Source: a virus (taxonomy: Duplodnaviria; Heunggongvirae; Uroviricota; Caudoviricetes). From it: DNA of 64,000 nucleotides. The notes beneath the pieces were generated by a model, which saw nothing but the letters and a program-made list of their open reading frames with translations, made no database searches and was not told the DNA's origin. The position numbers and the translations under genes were made by a program. Location of the stretch: IMG/VR virus record IMGVR_UViG_3300010362_000014, positions 10,740 through 74,739 of that record; one strand, written 5' to 3'. Position 1 is the stretch's first letter; each line of letters opens with the position of its first letter. Below, piece after piece: positions 50,495-61,209 of the stretch.

Positions 50495-50749
50495 TTACCA
50501 CCATAGCCACTGCGCGATATGACGGTGTTGATAAGATGGCGTTTCTATATCAGTTTCACTGTTTGCTCTATAATCCTTGATTGCATTTACTACATCTATG
50601 CGCACCTTCGCACGCTGCGGGCCGTACCATACGTGATTTATGTACCATTTCGGTGGGCTTCGAAACCAATGATATGGATAGACTTCTCTGTTTCTAAGAC
50701 GATATGGTACATCTTTGTCTGTTCTGGACATAACGTAGGCTCCTTTCAT
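50495..50749 (-). CDS. hypothetical protein
   Basis: ORF. Confidence 0.25.
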   Translation of the reverse strand: MKGAYVMSRTDKDVPYRLRNREVYPYHWFRSPPKWYINHVWYGPQRAKVRIDVVNAIKDYRANSETDIETPSYQHRHIAQWLWW

Positions 50750-50764
50750 GAACCTTACGTCATA

Positions 50765-51109
50765 TCAATCACCTCCAAGGTCTATATTACCATGAACTGA
50801 ACACGCCTCTTTAGGACAAAGGAAATTGTCATCATCAGGCCATAGTTTATTCGCTACTTCGCAGGGATTAGAAATTGGTTGTCTATAACGAAGTTTTTCG
50901 TATTTACATTCCAGACTCATGGCTGCGGATATTATACGCCATCCTATGTAATCCAAGAATTGAATTTTATAGGGTAGTTTCATTAATGAATTACATTGCG
51001 AACACAATATTTTTTCTGTTAGATACGAAACCGTGAGAGCCCAAAATGGAACATCGACAATTCTAATATCGGCGCCATCTTTATGATATGATACGTGAAC
51101 CTTTAGCAT
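50765..51109 (-). CDS. hypothetical Cys-rich protein
   Basis: ORF. Confidence 0.3.
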   Translation of the reverse strand: MLKVHVSYHKDGADIRIVDVPFWALTVSYLTEKILCSQCNSLMKLPYKIQFLDYIGWRIISAAMSLECKYEKLRYRQPISNPCEVANKLWPDDDNFLCPKEACSVHGNIDLGGD

Positions 51110-51120
51110 ATAAAACCCCT

Positions 51121-51194
51121 ATTTAACCCCAACTAGACACAGATTGTGGTTTAACTAACCCTACCGCCCATGGAGATCTGTGTCTAGTTGGGGA
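51121..51194. terminator. perfect 18-bp inverted repeat hairpin (CCCCAACTAGACACAGAT ... ATCTGTGTCTAGTTGGGG)
   Basis: Read directly from the sequence, immediately upstream of (5' to) the minus-strand gene 50765..51109. Terminator versus operator role is unresolved. Confidence 0.4.
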
Positions 51195-51590
51195 GTGTAT
51201 CATTTCTGTATACTTTGGTACATATTAATTATGTGTGGGACCAGGCCAATCATATGTCGGGCCGGGCCAGTCAGTGAATTCCCAATCCATAATAATCCTT
51301 AAAGTTAACATTAATATTATAGCCGCTTTACATTACGTTGGGTTCTCCACGAATGGATTTACAATTCAGACTTTTTGGGTCTAATGAGCCTCAATTATAA
51401 AGGGAAATAGGTGTGGTGGTGCCATTCCTAACCCCTACCTGTAAAAAGCTACCTTATTCATCCTAAGCTTGTTCTTAATTTATCCTAAATCAAGCCCCGC
51501 ACGAAAGGAATACATTATTCAATCGCAGAGGTTTAAACAAGCTCCTGTCCGGCATTTGTATAGGATCCGAAAGATAGCAAAACGTGAACG

Positions 51591-51665
51591 AGCCTTGCGT
51601 GAGGTTCGAACTCACAACCTAATCCCTACAATGGATTTGCTCTGACCAATTAGAGCTAGCAAGGC
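51591..51665 (-). tRNA. tRNA-Thr (anticodon TGT)
   Basis: Acceptor GCCTTGC/GCAAGGC, D arm GCTC-TAATTGGTCA-GAGC, anticodon stem AATCC/GGATT with loop ATTGTAG, T arm GTGAG-TTCGAAC-CTCAC. Confidence 0.75.
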
Positions 51666-53243
51666 AGCGTCCAGATGGCGATATAGAGCCCTAGCAGTCA
51701 TACGAAGGATAATCGCCATCTGGACTAATCCGGATCATATGCCAGGGAGAGCACGGATCCGGAAACTTACTTGTGGTAATCCACTAAGACCGACTGAGAA
51801 TCAGTCTTAGGATGCGGTGTTCGGATTATTCCTATGCACCTATATCTACAGCGGTATCCCTTGTCTCTAGTATTTCTTAGAAACAAGGATGGTGGGCACA
51901 CATTTGTCGTTTAAGACAGGCATACTGGCGATCAACCCTTCTGCCAGCCCCCACCATGAAATCTCATTGATAAATGAGATTCCTGAAACCTAACCCCAGA
52001 AGAAGTTAGGTGGTAAACCTGTTTTAGATGTCTGAGATCAATGTGATTTCCGGTCTGTAGTATTCTTTAACAGAGAAGTAGCCGTTAATCTTCACACCAG
52101 ACACCTAAAGTTGTTCAATATATTTGGGTTCTCAAAGTTGAGGGTGGGTGGGGATATATCAAGAGTAGTGGTTCTCGATACATTGCCCCACCCTGGATGA
52201 AATTAGATTCACTGTTTCCATAAAATGGAACCCCTCACAAAATTTATGAAAACAGCAGGGCCAGACCTCCATAATTTCATCCATCTGGGTGAAGAACATC
52301 ATATTCACGTGTGGTAGCAGCCATACGTGAATATACCAAACAGATGATATCTTCACCCATTTGATGAAGATATGCACTCACTTATTCGGTTCCACGAAAC
52401 CACGAATTTCGTGGAGGGTGTGATCCGGGTATAAGCAGTGTCCAACCATATCTTCATCTTGGTAATGCTAAGGACCGGACATAATAGTCCCAGGCATCAC
52501 CCAGACACGGTCGCGACTGATGAATGTAAAACGGACAGAAAAACATTCAACGCGGCTGACCGTATCATCAACAAAAGCTTTTTACAATCTAGAAATCTTA
52601 TTTATCCGTTTTATATAAAGATGTCGCACATGGAATTATCAAGTAGACAAGTCGATGCCGGGAGTAAGCCGATCAGGTCTGTCCTTCCCGTCGACGCCAT
52701 CAGTCTACCAAGGTGATCATGGTCTGTCAATGGTCTGACAAAATGTCCGAAAAATGATGATTTGTTCCATGATTTCTATATCTATTTCCTCATTTCTCTA
52801 ATTCTGATAGGAATTGTCTTTATTGGTTTGTGTCCGCCATTATCGGGGTTCTTATCACACTTACGATGACCCATGGAGTCAGTCCAATAGGTAAAATCTG
52901 CTCCGATTCGGATATCAACACCACAATATTGACATTGGCTAATTGGTCTTGCCAATTTCACCTCCTGGCGAAAATTGCCTCATTTGATCAAAAAAGGCAG
53001 CACCGATCTTTGATGCTATACTCACATTATGAGCTAGCTCCTCTAATCTGGTTGAATCACCAGATCCTTCATACAAATCCATATCATGCTCCAATAGACT
53101 TATTATATAACTCGCTTCATCTACAGTTAATACCAAATGTAAATTCATATAATCTCCTTAAGATTCTATTTCTTATAAACAATCGTAACCATAGACATAC
53201 TATTTTGTATATCTATGATTAAAACTATTCACATCCAAACTTA

Positions 53244-53603
53244 TTATAAATCACGTTCGATTATATTTGCTATTTCCTCGAACGATGCTCCAGAGTCATT
53301 AAATCCTGCTAATGTATTGCTCGAATTAGCGATCCATGGATTATTAGATCTTAACTCAGCCCAATCAATAACTTCATCTGGCAGATAGGAATGAGATTTA
53401 GAACTACCATAATTCCCGTCATAATCATCCATTGGTGACAGACTCGAATTAATAACACCATCCGCTACCGCGATTTCATACAGGACTCCGAGGCAGCAAT
53501 AATGATATGATCCATCCTGGAACTCTGCAAGATAACCATCACCTTGTTTGTATTCTCCGCTTCTTAGAGCTGCAATCCAACGTTGCTTAATATTCTGATT
53601 CAT
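53244..53603 (-). CDS. hypothetical protein, tandem paralog 1 (IKQRWIAALRSG...CCLGVL family)
   Basis: Shares the N-terminus and the C-terminal FEEIANII motif with 53634..53981. Confidence 0.4.
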   Translation of the reverse strand: MNQNIKQRWIAALRSGEYKQGDGYLAEFQDGSYHYCCLGVLYEIAVADGVINSSLSPMDDYDGNYGSSKSHSYLPDEVIDWAELRSNNPWIANSSNTLAGFNDSGASFEEIANIIERDL

Positions 53604-53633
53604 ATTTTATCCTTCTTATATCTATTTATATAT

Positions 53634-53981
53634 CTATAATTCCGAATCGATCAGGTTAGCTATCTGCTCGAATGTATATCCAGCATCATTAATTGCTGCA
53701 AGAGTATTTTCCTCGGTCTCGATATATGGATCGTCAGAATCTAAACCCGCCCACCGTTGAACAGCCGCGGGAAGTGTTGTGCATTCTTCATCGTAATTAT
53801 TACCATACCAGCGGATGTTGCTAATATCGTCGTATTTATTAATAATTACGTCTGCGACTGCCAATTCGCATAGCACACCAAGACAGCAAAATTTATGTCC
53901 GGTAGCAAGATACCCTTTACCTTGAGCATAATCTCCGGATCTCAGCGCTGCTATCCATCTTTGTTTAATATCATCTTTCAT
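53634..53981 (-). CDS. hypothetical protein, tandem paralog 2
   Basis: Paralog of 53244..53603. Confidence 0.4.
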   Translation of the reverse strand: MKDDIKQRWIAALRSGDYAQGKGYLATGHKFCCLGVLCELAVADVIINKYDDISNIRWYGNNYDEECTTLPAAVQRWAGLDSDDPYIETEENTLAAINDAGYTFEQIANLIDSEL

Positions 53982-54349
53982 ATTTCACCTCTGCGAATTT
54001 TAACAACTCGTATCCATTTTTCTTGCAATAATGTCCACGGTGTTTGCCAACCGTTGCTTCGTGACCATTCAACAAGCTCATTATTATATGCAACAAGCCA
54101 ATTATCCATGCCAAAGGATGCCGCACTATGTTCTGACATCCCAGCCATAGCTAGTGTATGAGTATAATCTTCGCGCTGAGGATCATCTTCATCGACGAAA
54201 ATTTGAGTCAATAGTCCGTTTCCGTCCTCAGATGCCAAATCAAGTGCGAATAAATTTACTCTATTCCACCACTGCTGCGGACCGTGCTCGTCTAGCCAAC
54301 ATACGCCGTCGTAGACTGATTGGGCGACCAGTTCTTCTACCGTCTTCAT
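53978..54349 (-). CDS. hypothetical protein
   Basis: Coupled ORF. Confidence 0.3.
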   Translation of the reverse strand: MKTVEELVAQSVYDGVCWLDEHGPQQWWNRVNLFALDLASEDGNGLLTQIFVDEDDPQREDYTHTLAMAGMSEHSAASFGMDNWLVAYNNELVEWSRSNGWQTPWTLLQEKWIRVVKIRRGEI

Positions 54350-54777
54350 ATTTCATCTCCCTCTCTAAGTTCTCTATTCGTTTAATTAGATCGTAAATCT
54401 TTCCGGATAATCTTTCTATCTCGGCTGTATGCACCAAGGTGGTTCTATATACCATCTCGGGATCTATAAGCTCTTTCAACAAGAACCTCCCTTTTAGGAA
54501 TAGGATAATGATTTTTCTATAATACTCCTATTAATTTTATCATCGAATCTCGAAATCTCCCACCTACTGATAATTATATATTATCTTTCATTCTCCTCAT
54601 TATCCAAGTCTTCGATAAATCTGCGCTGATCATCTCTAAGGTATTCAGCAGTTTCAGTTCGAGAGAAACCAATCTTTACTTTGGTTTTATGTCCAGGACG
54701 CGAATAGTCAGGACAATATTTCTTATGAGTAATGAAACCGTCATTTTCTCGCTCGAAGCATATTATACATCTCTGCA

Positions 54778-55122
54778 TTATTCATTTTCTCCTTCGGGAT
54801 CTCCTGTTTTAAAATTAGAGTTATACGGAATAACGTAATTATTCAAATACGCAACTTCTGCGGATAATAGCAATGACCACATATTTGCACGAGCCGTATA
54901 AAACTGATTATCAGAGATATATCCATTACGCTCTGCATCATCTGCAGCCACGGCCATGCGCTTGGCTTGAGTTACCGATAACTTAGGATAATCTGTTGTA
55001 ATAACCGCAATTTGTTGCATAAGTCTTCTATTAGCACGTTGTCTAAATTCTTCAGCCTTAATCGTACACCAATGTGCTTGTTTGCGTAAATAATCTAAGC
55101 TGTAGAACTTATGGATTGTCAC
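54778..55122 (-). CDS. hypothetical protein
   Basis: ORF. Confidence 0.3.
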   Translation of the reverse strand: MTIHKFYSLDYLRKQAHWCTIKAEEFRQRANRRLMQQIAVITTDYPKLSVTQAKRMAVAADDAERNGYISDNQFYTARANMWSLLLSAEVAYLNNYVIPYNSNFKTGDPEGENE

Positions 55123-55300
55123 ATCTATGTCCGATTCTCAGGAGAATTAGCATTGAGCTTGAGTTCTATGATAATAGCATCATCTTCAGCTATAATCTCT
55201 ATAATATCATAGTCGAGGACCCATCTAGCTTTGACCTGAGAAATCCATGATCCAGTTTCCTGAAGTCTTTTGATAAGCTCATCCCTGGTCAATTTCTACT

Positions 55301-55351
55301 CCATACCTATTTCTAGCCCATACCTATTTCTAGCCCATACCTATTTCTAGC
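55301..55351. repeat. perfect tandem repeat, 3 x 17 bp (ccatacctatttctagc)
   Basis: Read directly. Confidence 0.8.
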
Positions 55352-55693
55352 CTCATCTAACGCGGCATTGTAGGCCGATCCCCACGTCTCACCGACATCC
55401 TGAAAAGCCTGTGCAACATCTAAAATGTTACAAAGTTCACTCGGCAATCCAAGATCAAGGCAAATCCAAAAAGCTGATCTGTTTTCGAAACGAATAAGCT
55501 CGTCAAGAGTTAGCGTTCCGGCAGTAATAAGAACGTGGCCGATGAGGCAATGCGGTTCACCATCATACACATATTTGCATCTACCGTGTATGGTTTGATA
55601 TACGTAATCCTCACCAAACTCTGGTAATTCAATAATTCCCTTCATAATACCCAGATAAAATATAATTTCGTCTTTCGTCTTCTGTGAAATCAT
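55313..55693 (-). CDS. hypothetical protein whose C-terminus is encoded by a 17-bp x3 tandem repeat
   Basis: The C-terminal GLEIGMG... is encoded by the repeat 55301..55351. Confidence 0.3.
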   Translation of the reverse strand: MISQKTKDEIIFYLGIMKGIIELPEFGEDYVYQTIHGRCKYVYDGEPHCLIGHVLITAGTLTLDELIRFENRSAFWICLDLGLPSELCNILDVAQAFQDVGETWGSAYNAALDEARNRYGLEIGMG

Positions 55694-55955
55694 AGTAATA
55701 TACTCCTGTCTTGACCTTTGGTTTGTTTACCCATATAATATTTGGATTGTCTAGAATTGAATCTGGAAATACATAATAGCCGGAATTCAGGTTTATATGA
55801 TGTTCGCTGATAAACCAGTAATAAAATTCACCCAAATCTAGGCTAAATTGCCCATTTTCGAATGCACAAATACCATCATCGTCTATGATCCAAAGGACAT
55901 TACCGCATACATCATAACCACTATAAATTGCGTCGACAATCATGGCTTTGATCAT
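55629..55955 (-). CDS. hypothetical protein
   Basis: ORF. Confidence 0.3.
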   Translation of the reverse strand: MIKAMIVDAIYSGYDVCGNVLWIIDDDGICAFENGQFSLDLGEFYYWFISEHHINLNSGYYVFPDSILDNPNIIWVNKPKVKTGVYYYDFTEDERRNYILSGYYEGNY

Positions 55956-56826
55956 TTATACTCCATAAATTCCAATTTGGCTTGTGTTTATAATAGTTTG
56001 AATCTCATTTATGTCTTATAATTCCAGGACCGTGAGATCCGCTACCAAGACGCGAACATGCTGCTTGCCATAAATTAGAAATATCAAAAGGGATTCTTCC
56101 GAATTCAAAAGGGATTCTTCTAAATCCGCATTGAGATACTAAGTCTAATCCTAGATAAAATGTCATGTCTCCTCGTCTTCGTGATTCCTGTGTTCGGTCC
56201 AACCTGTATAGAATCCAAAACAAAATCCCACTAGACTAGAGATAATTATCCAAAATGCCAACCAAACAGCATTTGCATTAATCATATCTCATTCTTTCTG
56301 ACGATACTTAGATTAATCATGTTTTATTCTTCCTGATCAAGTTAGGTTTTTGTTCGACAACTCTACGCTCGACTTCCTGACGTACTTGCGCCACAGGAGG
56401 GGCAGTTAACGCAGAAATGACGCCGCAATCTGCTTCGAGATAATGCTGCATTCTAAGGGATAGACTAGCATTATGATCATATTGAAGCTGACAAATTCTT
56501 GCATCTAGTGACTAGGTCTATATAGTTTGAATTCATTATTTTCCTTGATATTTGTTATATTCAAATACATAACGATATAGTCGAACACATTACAATTATG
56601 TAAGTTGGCTCAACTATGCCGTTAAATATTTGATATAAATTCTTATGTTTAATATTTACGTACTTTTAATTATTGTTGGACGTAGTTTTCCAATTTTCTA
56701 ATACTATTTGTATTTTTTCGGTACTCTGCGTTAACCTTGTAATTGTAAGGATAATTGAAATTAACTCATCCTTTGAATACTGTAGAAGTGTTATCGCTAA
56801 TGTTTTCTCAATCTCACTCAAATCCA

Positions 56827-57126
56827 TTAATATCTACGCACCTTTAGTTTGGCCGCATCCAGGTCGGCCGCGCGGCGGACTTTCCACTCATGCTCCACAG
56901 GAACGGGGATCATGTAGGCCATTCTTGCATCTGCATGATTGCAATTCTCATTCAAACAATGGCGAACCTGTATAAGCTGAGTATACTTATGGTGGTACAT
57001 GTTGGCCTCAAATCCGGGTAGTCCAGTTTCTTGTTCAACCCAGAAATCTTCCCACGCAGACCAACCAGGCAACCGCCCCCGCGCGCCGCATGATGGACAT
57101 TTATGACGTTTTCTAAACATGCTCAT
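56827..57126 (-). CDS. small zinc-ribbon protein
   Basis: CPSCG...C...C. Confidence 0.3.
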   Translation of the reverse strand: MSMFRKRHKCPSCGARGRLPGWSAWEDFWVEQETGLPGFEANMYHHKYTQLIQVRHCLNENCNHADARMAYMIPVPVEHEWKVRRAADLDAAKLKVRRY

Positions 57127-57549
57127 GGTCTATGTCCGTTTTATCATTCATGAACAATCGACCATATACGGTACATCTATGTCCTTTATTAGAAAATCGA
57201 CGGGTCTCTACTAATAGAAACTTATCATCTCCTATTGATATACGGTCGTATTTCTGTGGGACATCCTCGGCTAATGGCCAAGTTTCTAATTGCTTTGTTC
57301 CTGAGTCGTATATTGCAACGATATCTACTCTCATGTCCGTTTTATCCTATTCGTCTAGATATGAATGATTACATATTGTCGAAAGTATAGAACTCCCATA
57401 TGATCAAAACAAGTACCCGCCGGAAGGCCAGGCACTGGGGCCAGCGCTTACACGCCATGGGTTCCTGGGGCCAATGCGACAGATCCGGGCAAACCGCTGC
57501 CGAGGTGGGCACTTAAAGACACCGCACACTCCCGGGGGCACTTAATAAA

Positions 57550-57840
57550 CTAGTCATCCTTGCAATGTTGTGAGATATGAGTACCACGTGACCTAAGAAG
57601 ATACTCCAAATAGTCTACTCTGGCTTCTGGAGAAATAGACTTAGCCACATAAGGCGAATCCCCCGCCACCTGTGGAGATCTGTCTACATGATGTGATCGA
57701 GAATTCCTACAATCTTCACATCTAAACTGCGGTCTGCCACGTGTGATCCTAACAGTGAATGTATTTGGACAATCCACACACTGTCTGGTTTCATATCTGG
57801 GTTCTGATTTCTTGATATTTATTGTTTTACGAGTGACCAT
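57550..57840 (-). CDS. small zinc-ribbon protein
   Basis: CVDCPN...CEDC. Confidence 0.3.
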   Translation of the reverse strand: MVTRKTINIKKSEPRYETRQCVDCPNTFTVRITRGRPQFRCEDCRNSRSHHVDRSPQVAGDSPYVAKSISPEARVDYLEYLLRSRGTHISQHCKDD

Positions 57841-57866
57841 TTTTTATGCTCCTTATATTATGTATA

Positions 57867-58508
57867 TTAGAAATCCTTAGTCTTGATTTTAACCATAATT
57901 CTATCGCCAGATCTGTCTAGTAGACCGATTGAGGTTACACCTACTAGTCCTTCGATTACTTGGTCTGAATTTGAATTTGAATTTATGGTAATCTTTTTAG
58001 ATTTTACTGCACTAATTGCTTCATGAATTGTTCCAACTTTAGAAATATCCATGATGGGAACACAATCTATGCCAAGACTTTTGGCTATATCTTCTATCGA
58101 GCTTCGAAGTAGCCAGAACCCTCCAATTAGTACATCAAATAAAATAAAGCTCATATCGGGTCGATAAACTCCACCCTTTTGTATACCGGCTCCATAACCC
58201 TCACCGTAAAGAATTGCCGAAGTATTCCCAAAGGTTTGCTCTAGCAATTCCTCCGGAAGAAGAGAATCTAGAACGGTAATGAGCTTGGCTGGTATCTGCG
58301 CATTATCCGTACGACCACCATAGGTAATCTTATAACCATCCCAGGATATGCGTATGTTGGTACCGTCAATTTTTTCTGTCCAAACCCAGTTGCTATTTTG
58401 TAGATATTCGAGTTCTGGAGTTGCCCAATCGCCTATAATAAACTTATTACGATTGGGACCATCGGTATGTCTTTTATATGGACTAGGAATCTTTGGATAT
58501 GTTCTCAT
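57867..58508 (-). CDS. putative RNA ligase (nucleotidyltransferase KxDG superfamily)
   Basis: Motif I WTEKIDGTNIR (K-x-D-G) near the N-terminus. Size and motif spacing resemble small Rnl-type ligases. A DNA ligase is not excluded. Confidence 0.45.
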   Translation of the reverse strand: MRTYPKIPSPYKRHTDGPNRNKFIIGDWATPELEYLQNSNWVWTEKIDGTNIRISWDGYKITYGGRTDNAQIPAKLITVLDSLLPEELLEQTFGNTSAILYGEGYGAGIQKGGVYRPDMSFILFDVLIGGFWLLRSSIEDIAKSLGIDCVPIMDISKVGTIHEAISAVKSKKITINSNSNSDQVIEGLVGVTSIGLLDRSGDRIMVKIKTKDF

Positions 58509-58547
58509 TTTATTCTCCTTATTCGAGATTCTTAGTTGTATTCTGTA

Positions 58548-59702
58548 CTAGATATGACAATCCAGCATTACGATGATTGTATCCTTGGGCAAGGATTCTA
58601 AGTACCGATTGGCGAATTCCTTGTAATTTCTAGTGGAGTCTTCGGTCGCATCGCTTATTGCCCAAAAGCCCATCTTGCCAGCTTCGGCCCATTTGCCATC
58701 AAGTGTTATCAGTGCCCAACCAGGTACAGCATCACGGCGAGCGTTATCTGCAAATTCATCCCGATTGAGACCAAATTCCTCTTCTGGGCTTCTAGACATG
58801 AAACTGTAGATTTCTGCTTTTCCAGCAGCAACAATTGCCGGATGCTCATTATATAGCCTACGTGCATCGTCGATTTCCATCTCGCCAACTTCGACGAGAG
58901 ATCGTAAATGTTGCCACGCCGGCGGACTGCCGTGCTGAGCAACAATGCTTTGCCATGTATCGTATCGCTCTAATTGTCTAGTTGCTTCATTTTCGCGTAT
59001 TGTATGAAAATCAAGCAACTCAACAGGTCCGCCATCGCAGAAAATTCTATTATCAGAGTCTAAATATGGATTGTCATTATCTCCGAATACGCCTGGTACG
59101 CCGTGAATAAGCAAATGTGGATCTGCGTCAGAAATACTGACGAGGCTACGCTGCCAACGTCCACCAATAAGCCACCAATCCCACTTGCTATCGGGATTAT
59201 ATGTACTCATTGTATAAGCTCTATCTAGTTCCTCGTCATAATACAGTCTGTCACTATCATTTTCGCTGTTGTTGTCGGGGGGATATAGTGATAAAGCAGA
59301 GGAATAGTATCGCTCATTTTGGAGTTCGACGACATCTTTCCAGGTTGGATTATCGCCCAACTTCGTATCATAGCTTGCGTCTTCTTCCCATTCGCCGGAT
59401 TGCTCAATGGCAGCGATTCCTTTTTCCATAGTATCTTCGCGCCAGTTTACTACTTTATTTTCCAAACGACGGCGTACTAATTCGCATGGACCCAGTTCTT
59501 GTAGGGCTCTAAAGCTCTCGGCACCACGCCGCATCGACGATACAAACCAGTGATCTGATGGCGATCCCTCTTCATATACACGATAGGGCTCGACATCTTT
59601 ATTTTCATCGTACGGTGCTAATATAGCGTTGAGAGCATGCACTATGCCAAGCTCAGATACGATTTTAGGATCTAGGCATGCTGTTACGGTGAAGTGACTC
59701 AT
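58548..59702 (-). CDS. hypothetical protein adjacent to the ligase
   Basis: 384-aa ORF, acidic, no motif recognised. Confidence 0.3.
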   Translation of the reverse strand: MSHFTVTACLDPKIVSELGIVHALNAILAPYDENKDVEPYRVYEEGSPSDHWFVSSMRRGAESFRALQELGPCELVRRRLENKVVNWREDTMEKGIAAIEQSGEWEEDASYDTKLGDNPTWKDVVELQNERYYSSALSLYPPDNNSENDSDRLYYDEELDRAYTMSTYNPDSKWDWWLIGGRWQRSLVSISDADPHLLIHGVPGVFGDNDNPYLDSDNRIFCDGGPVELLDFHTIRENEATRQLERYDTWQSIVAQHGSPPAWQHLRSLVEVGEMEIDDARRLYNEHPAIVAAGKAEIYSFMSRSPEEEFGLNRDEFADNARRDAVPGWALITLDGKWAEAGKMGFWAISDATEDSTRNYKEFANRYLESLPKDTIIVMLDCHI

Positions 59703-60390
59703 TTACGTCCAATCTTAGTGTGTTTATGGTTCATATGTTATATCCATTTACGATAGCGTATATAATAGTAACAATAACTACAATCGCAAAATAGCCTATA
59801 TCCCTTATTATAATTTAGATCATGAGGTTCTCTATCGGTCTTGGTTTTGATAATATCATGCCAAAATTTAGAGCGAGATATTATCTCATCACCTCGTGCT
59901 AGATACCATGTATCCAGATACTTAGCGATTCTAAACTTTGGCATCATACTACCTCCAGAAGATGCTGCTATTCTGGCCACAAGTCCGTCTTGATCGGTTT
60001 TTCCTTAGGTATGTCCTTAGATGTAACAGATATCAACTCGCCATATATATTATTAATATATTGCAGTAGCGCAGCCTTGTTATATGACCAAATATCACCT
60101 ATCCATGGAATGGATATCGCATAATATACTTGACCACTTGAGTCCTTATCGACTATAACCTCAAAACCAAATACATTCTTACCTGTAATCTCATACCCAG
60201 TATCTGGCATAATAATACCTTTCCATTTTGTATATTATTTTTGCCGGTTATTTTAGACTATCGGCAAGTCTTATAAGTATTGTTCTTGATTGTACATGAC
60301 GATATACATTCTGGAACCGCCGCCTCGACCGCGTTAGCATCTCCTTGGAGTCTCACCGTCGTCGACTAGGGCGTGGATCGCACTTGTGCG

Positions 60391-61209
60391 TCACGACCGT
60401 ACTTTTGTCGCCCATTCCTCATCGAGCGCCTTGCGGAGTTGCCTGACAAACGTGGTCGGGTCATCGCGCTCGAAAATCTGGCGACCATACGCGACGCCAG
60501 CAGCGCCCGCTTGGATCGCAGATCGCGCCTTTGCGATGGCTGCGCCGGCGTCGACGAGCGCTTCGCCTGCGATTACGAGCGGCACTCCCATCGCGGCGTC
60601 GATCACCGTCCGGAAGGACTCCACGGAACCGGTGTACATGGTCTTCACGACACTCGCGCCCAGTTCTACCGAGGTTCGTACGCAGTGGCGGACCAGCCTC
60701 GCGTAGGAATCTGGATCGTCCGATCGCAGCTCGAGGTAGTTGTTGTCGCCACCGTCAGACGTGCGACCCCGTGGGTACGCCATCGCAACGACGGGGATGT
60801 CCACTCCGGTCGCCTTGCTGGCCAGCTGAGCGAGCTGCCGAGTCGCCTGTCGTTCGTACGGCGAGGTGTAGTTCACGTGAAAGGCGACGGCGGCTGCGTC
60901 GAGCCGTACCGCATCTCTCATTCGGCCGATCGGCACCTTTTGCGTGTGTTCGACGAGCGTGGTGCTGCCACTCATGTTGAGGATGAGGGGAACGTCCAGC
61001 AGCTGGTCGGCGCAGGCGGCAAAAGTACCTCGGAAGCCGATGACAGCATCGATGTGGTGGACGAGTTCGGCTTGAAGTAGGACGCGTGGGCGGCGCAGGC
61101 CTACTTCCGGACCGGCGATCAGTGAATCATCAAGCGGAAGCCAAAGGGCAGCTTGTCCTGCCGGCAGCAGCCGATGGAGTCGTCGTCGGACCCCAGTCGC
61201 ATCTGACAC
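60391..61209 (-). CDS. class I aldolase, DhnA/FbaB-type (DeoC/LacD TIM-barrel aldolase family)
   Basis: 272 aa with overall similarity to the archaeal-type fructose-bisphosphate aldolase / ADH synthase family (VVAMAYPRG, VKTMYTG Lys region, VIAGEA). Local GC is about 65% against a flanking value near 40%. Confidence 0.6.
   Translation of the reverse strand: MSDATGVRRRLHRLLPAGQAALWLPLDDSLIAGPEVGLRRPRVLLQAELVHHIDAVIGFRGTFAACADQLLDVPLILNMSGSTTLVEHTQKVPIGRMRDAVRLDAAAVAFHVNYTSPYERQATRQLAQLASKATGVDIPVVAMAYPRGRTSDGGDNNYLELRSDDPDSYARLVRHCVRTSVELGASVVKTMYTGSVESFRTVIDAAMGVPLVIAGEALVDAGAAIAKARSAIQAGAAGVAYGRQIFERDDPTTFVRQLRKALDEEWATKVRS

Noticed and set aside
52830-53222. ORF 52830..53222 (+) versus 52939..53148 (-)
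   Set aside because: The two are mutually exclusive. Neither has motifs, and the region is mostly minus-strand coded, so neither is reported as a confident CDS.
60373-61080. Plus-strand ORFs 60373..61080, 60386..60706 and 60531..60980 inside the GC-rich island
   Set aside because: High GC suppresses stop codons in all frames. These ORFs are Arg/Ala-rich nonsense overlapping the much more protein-like minus-strand aldolase.
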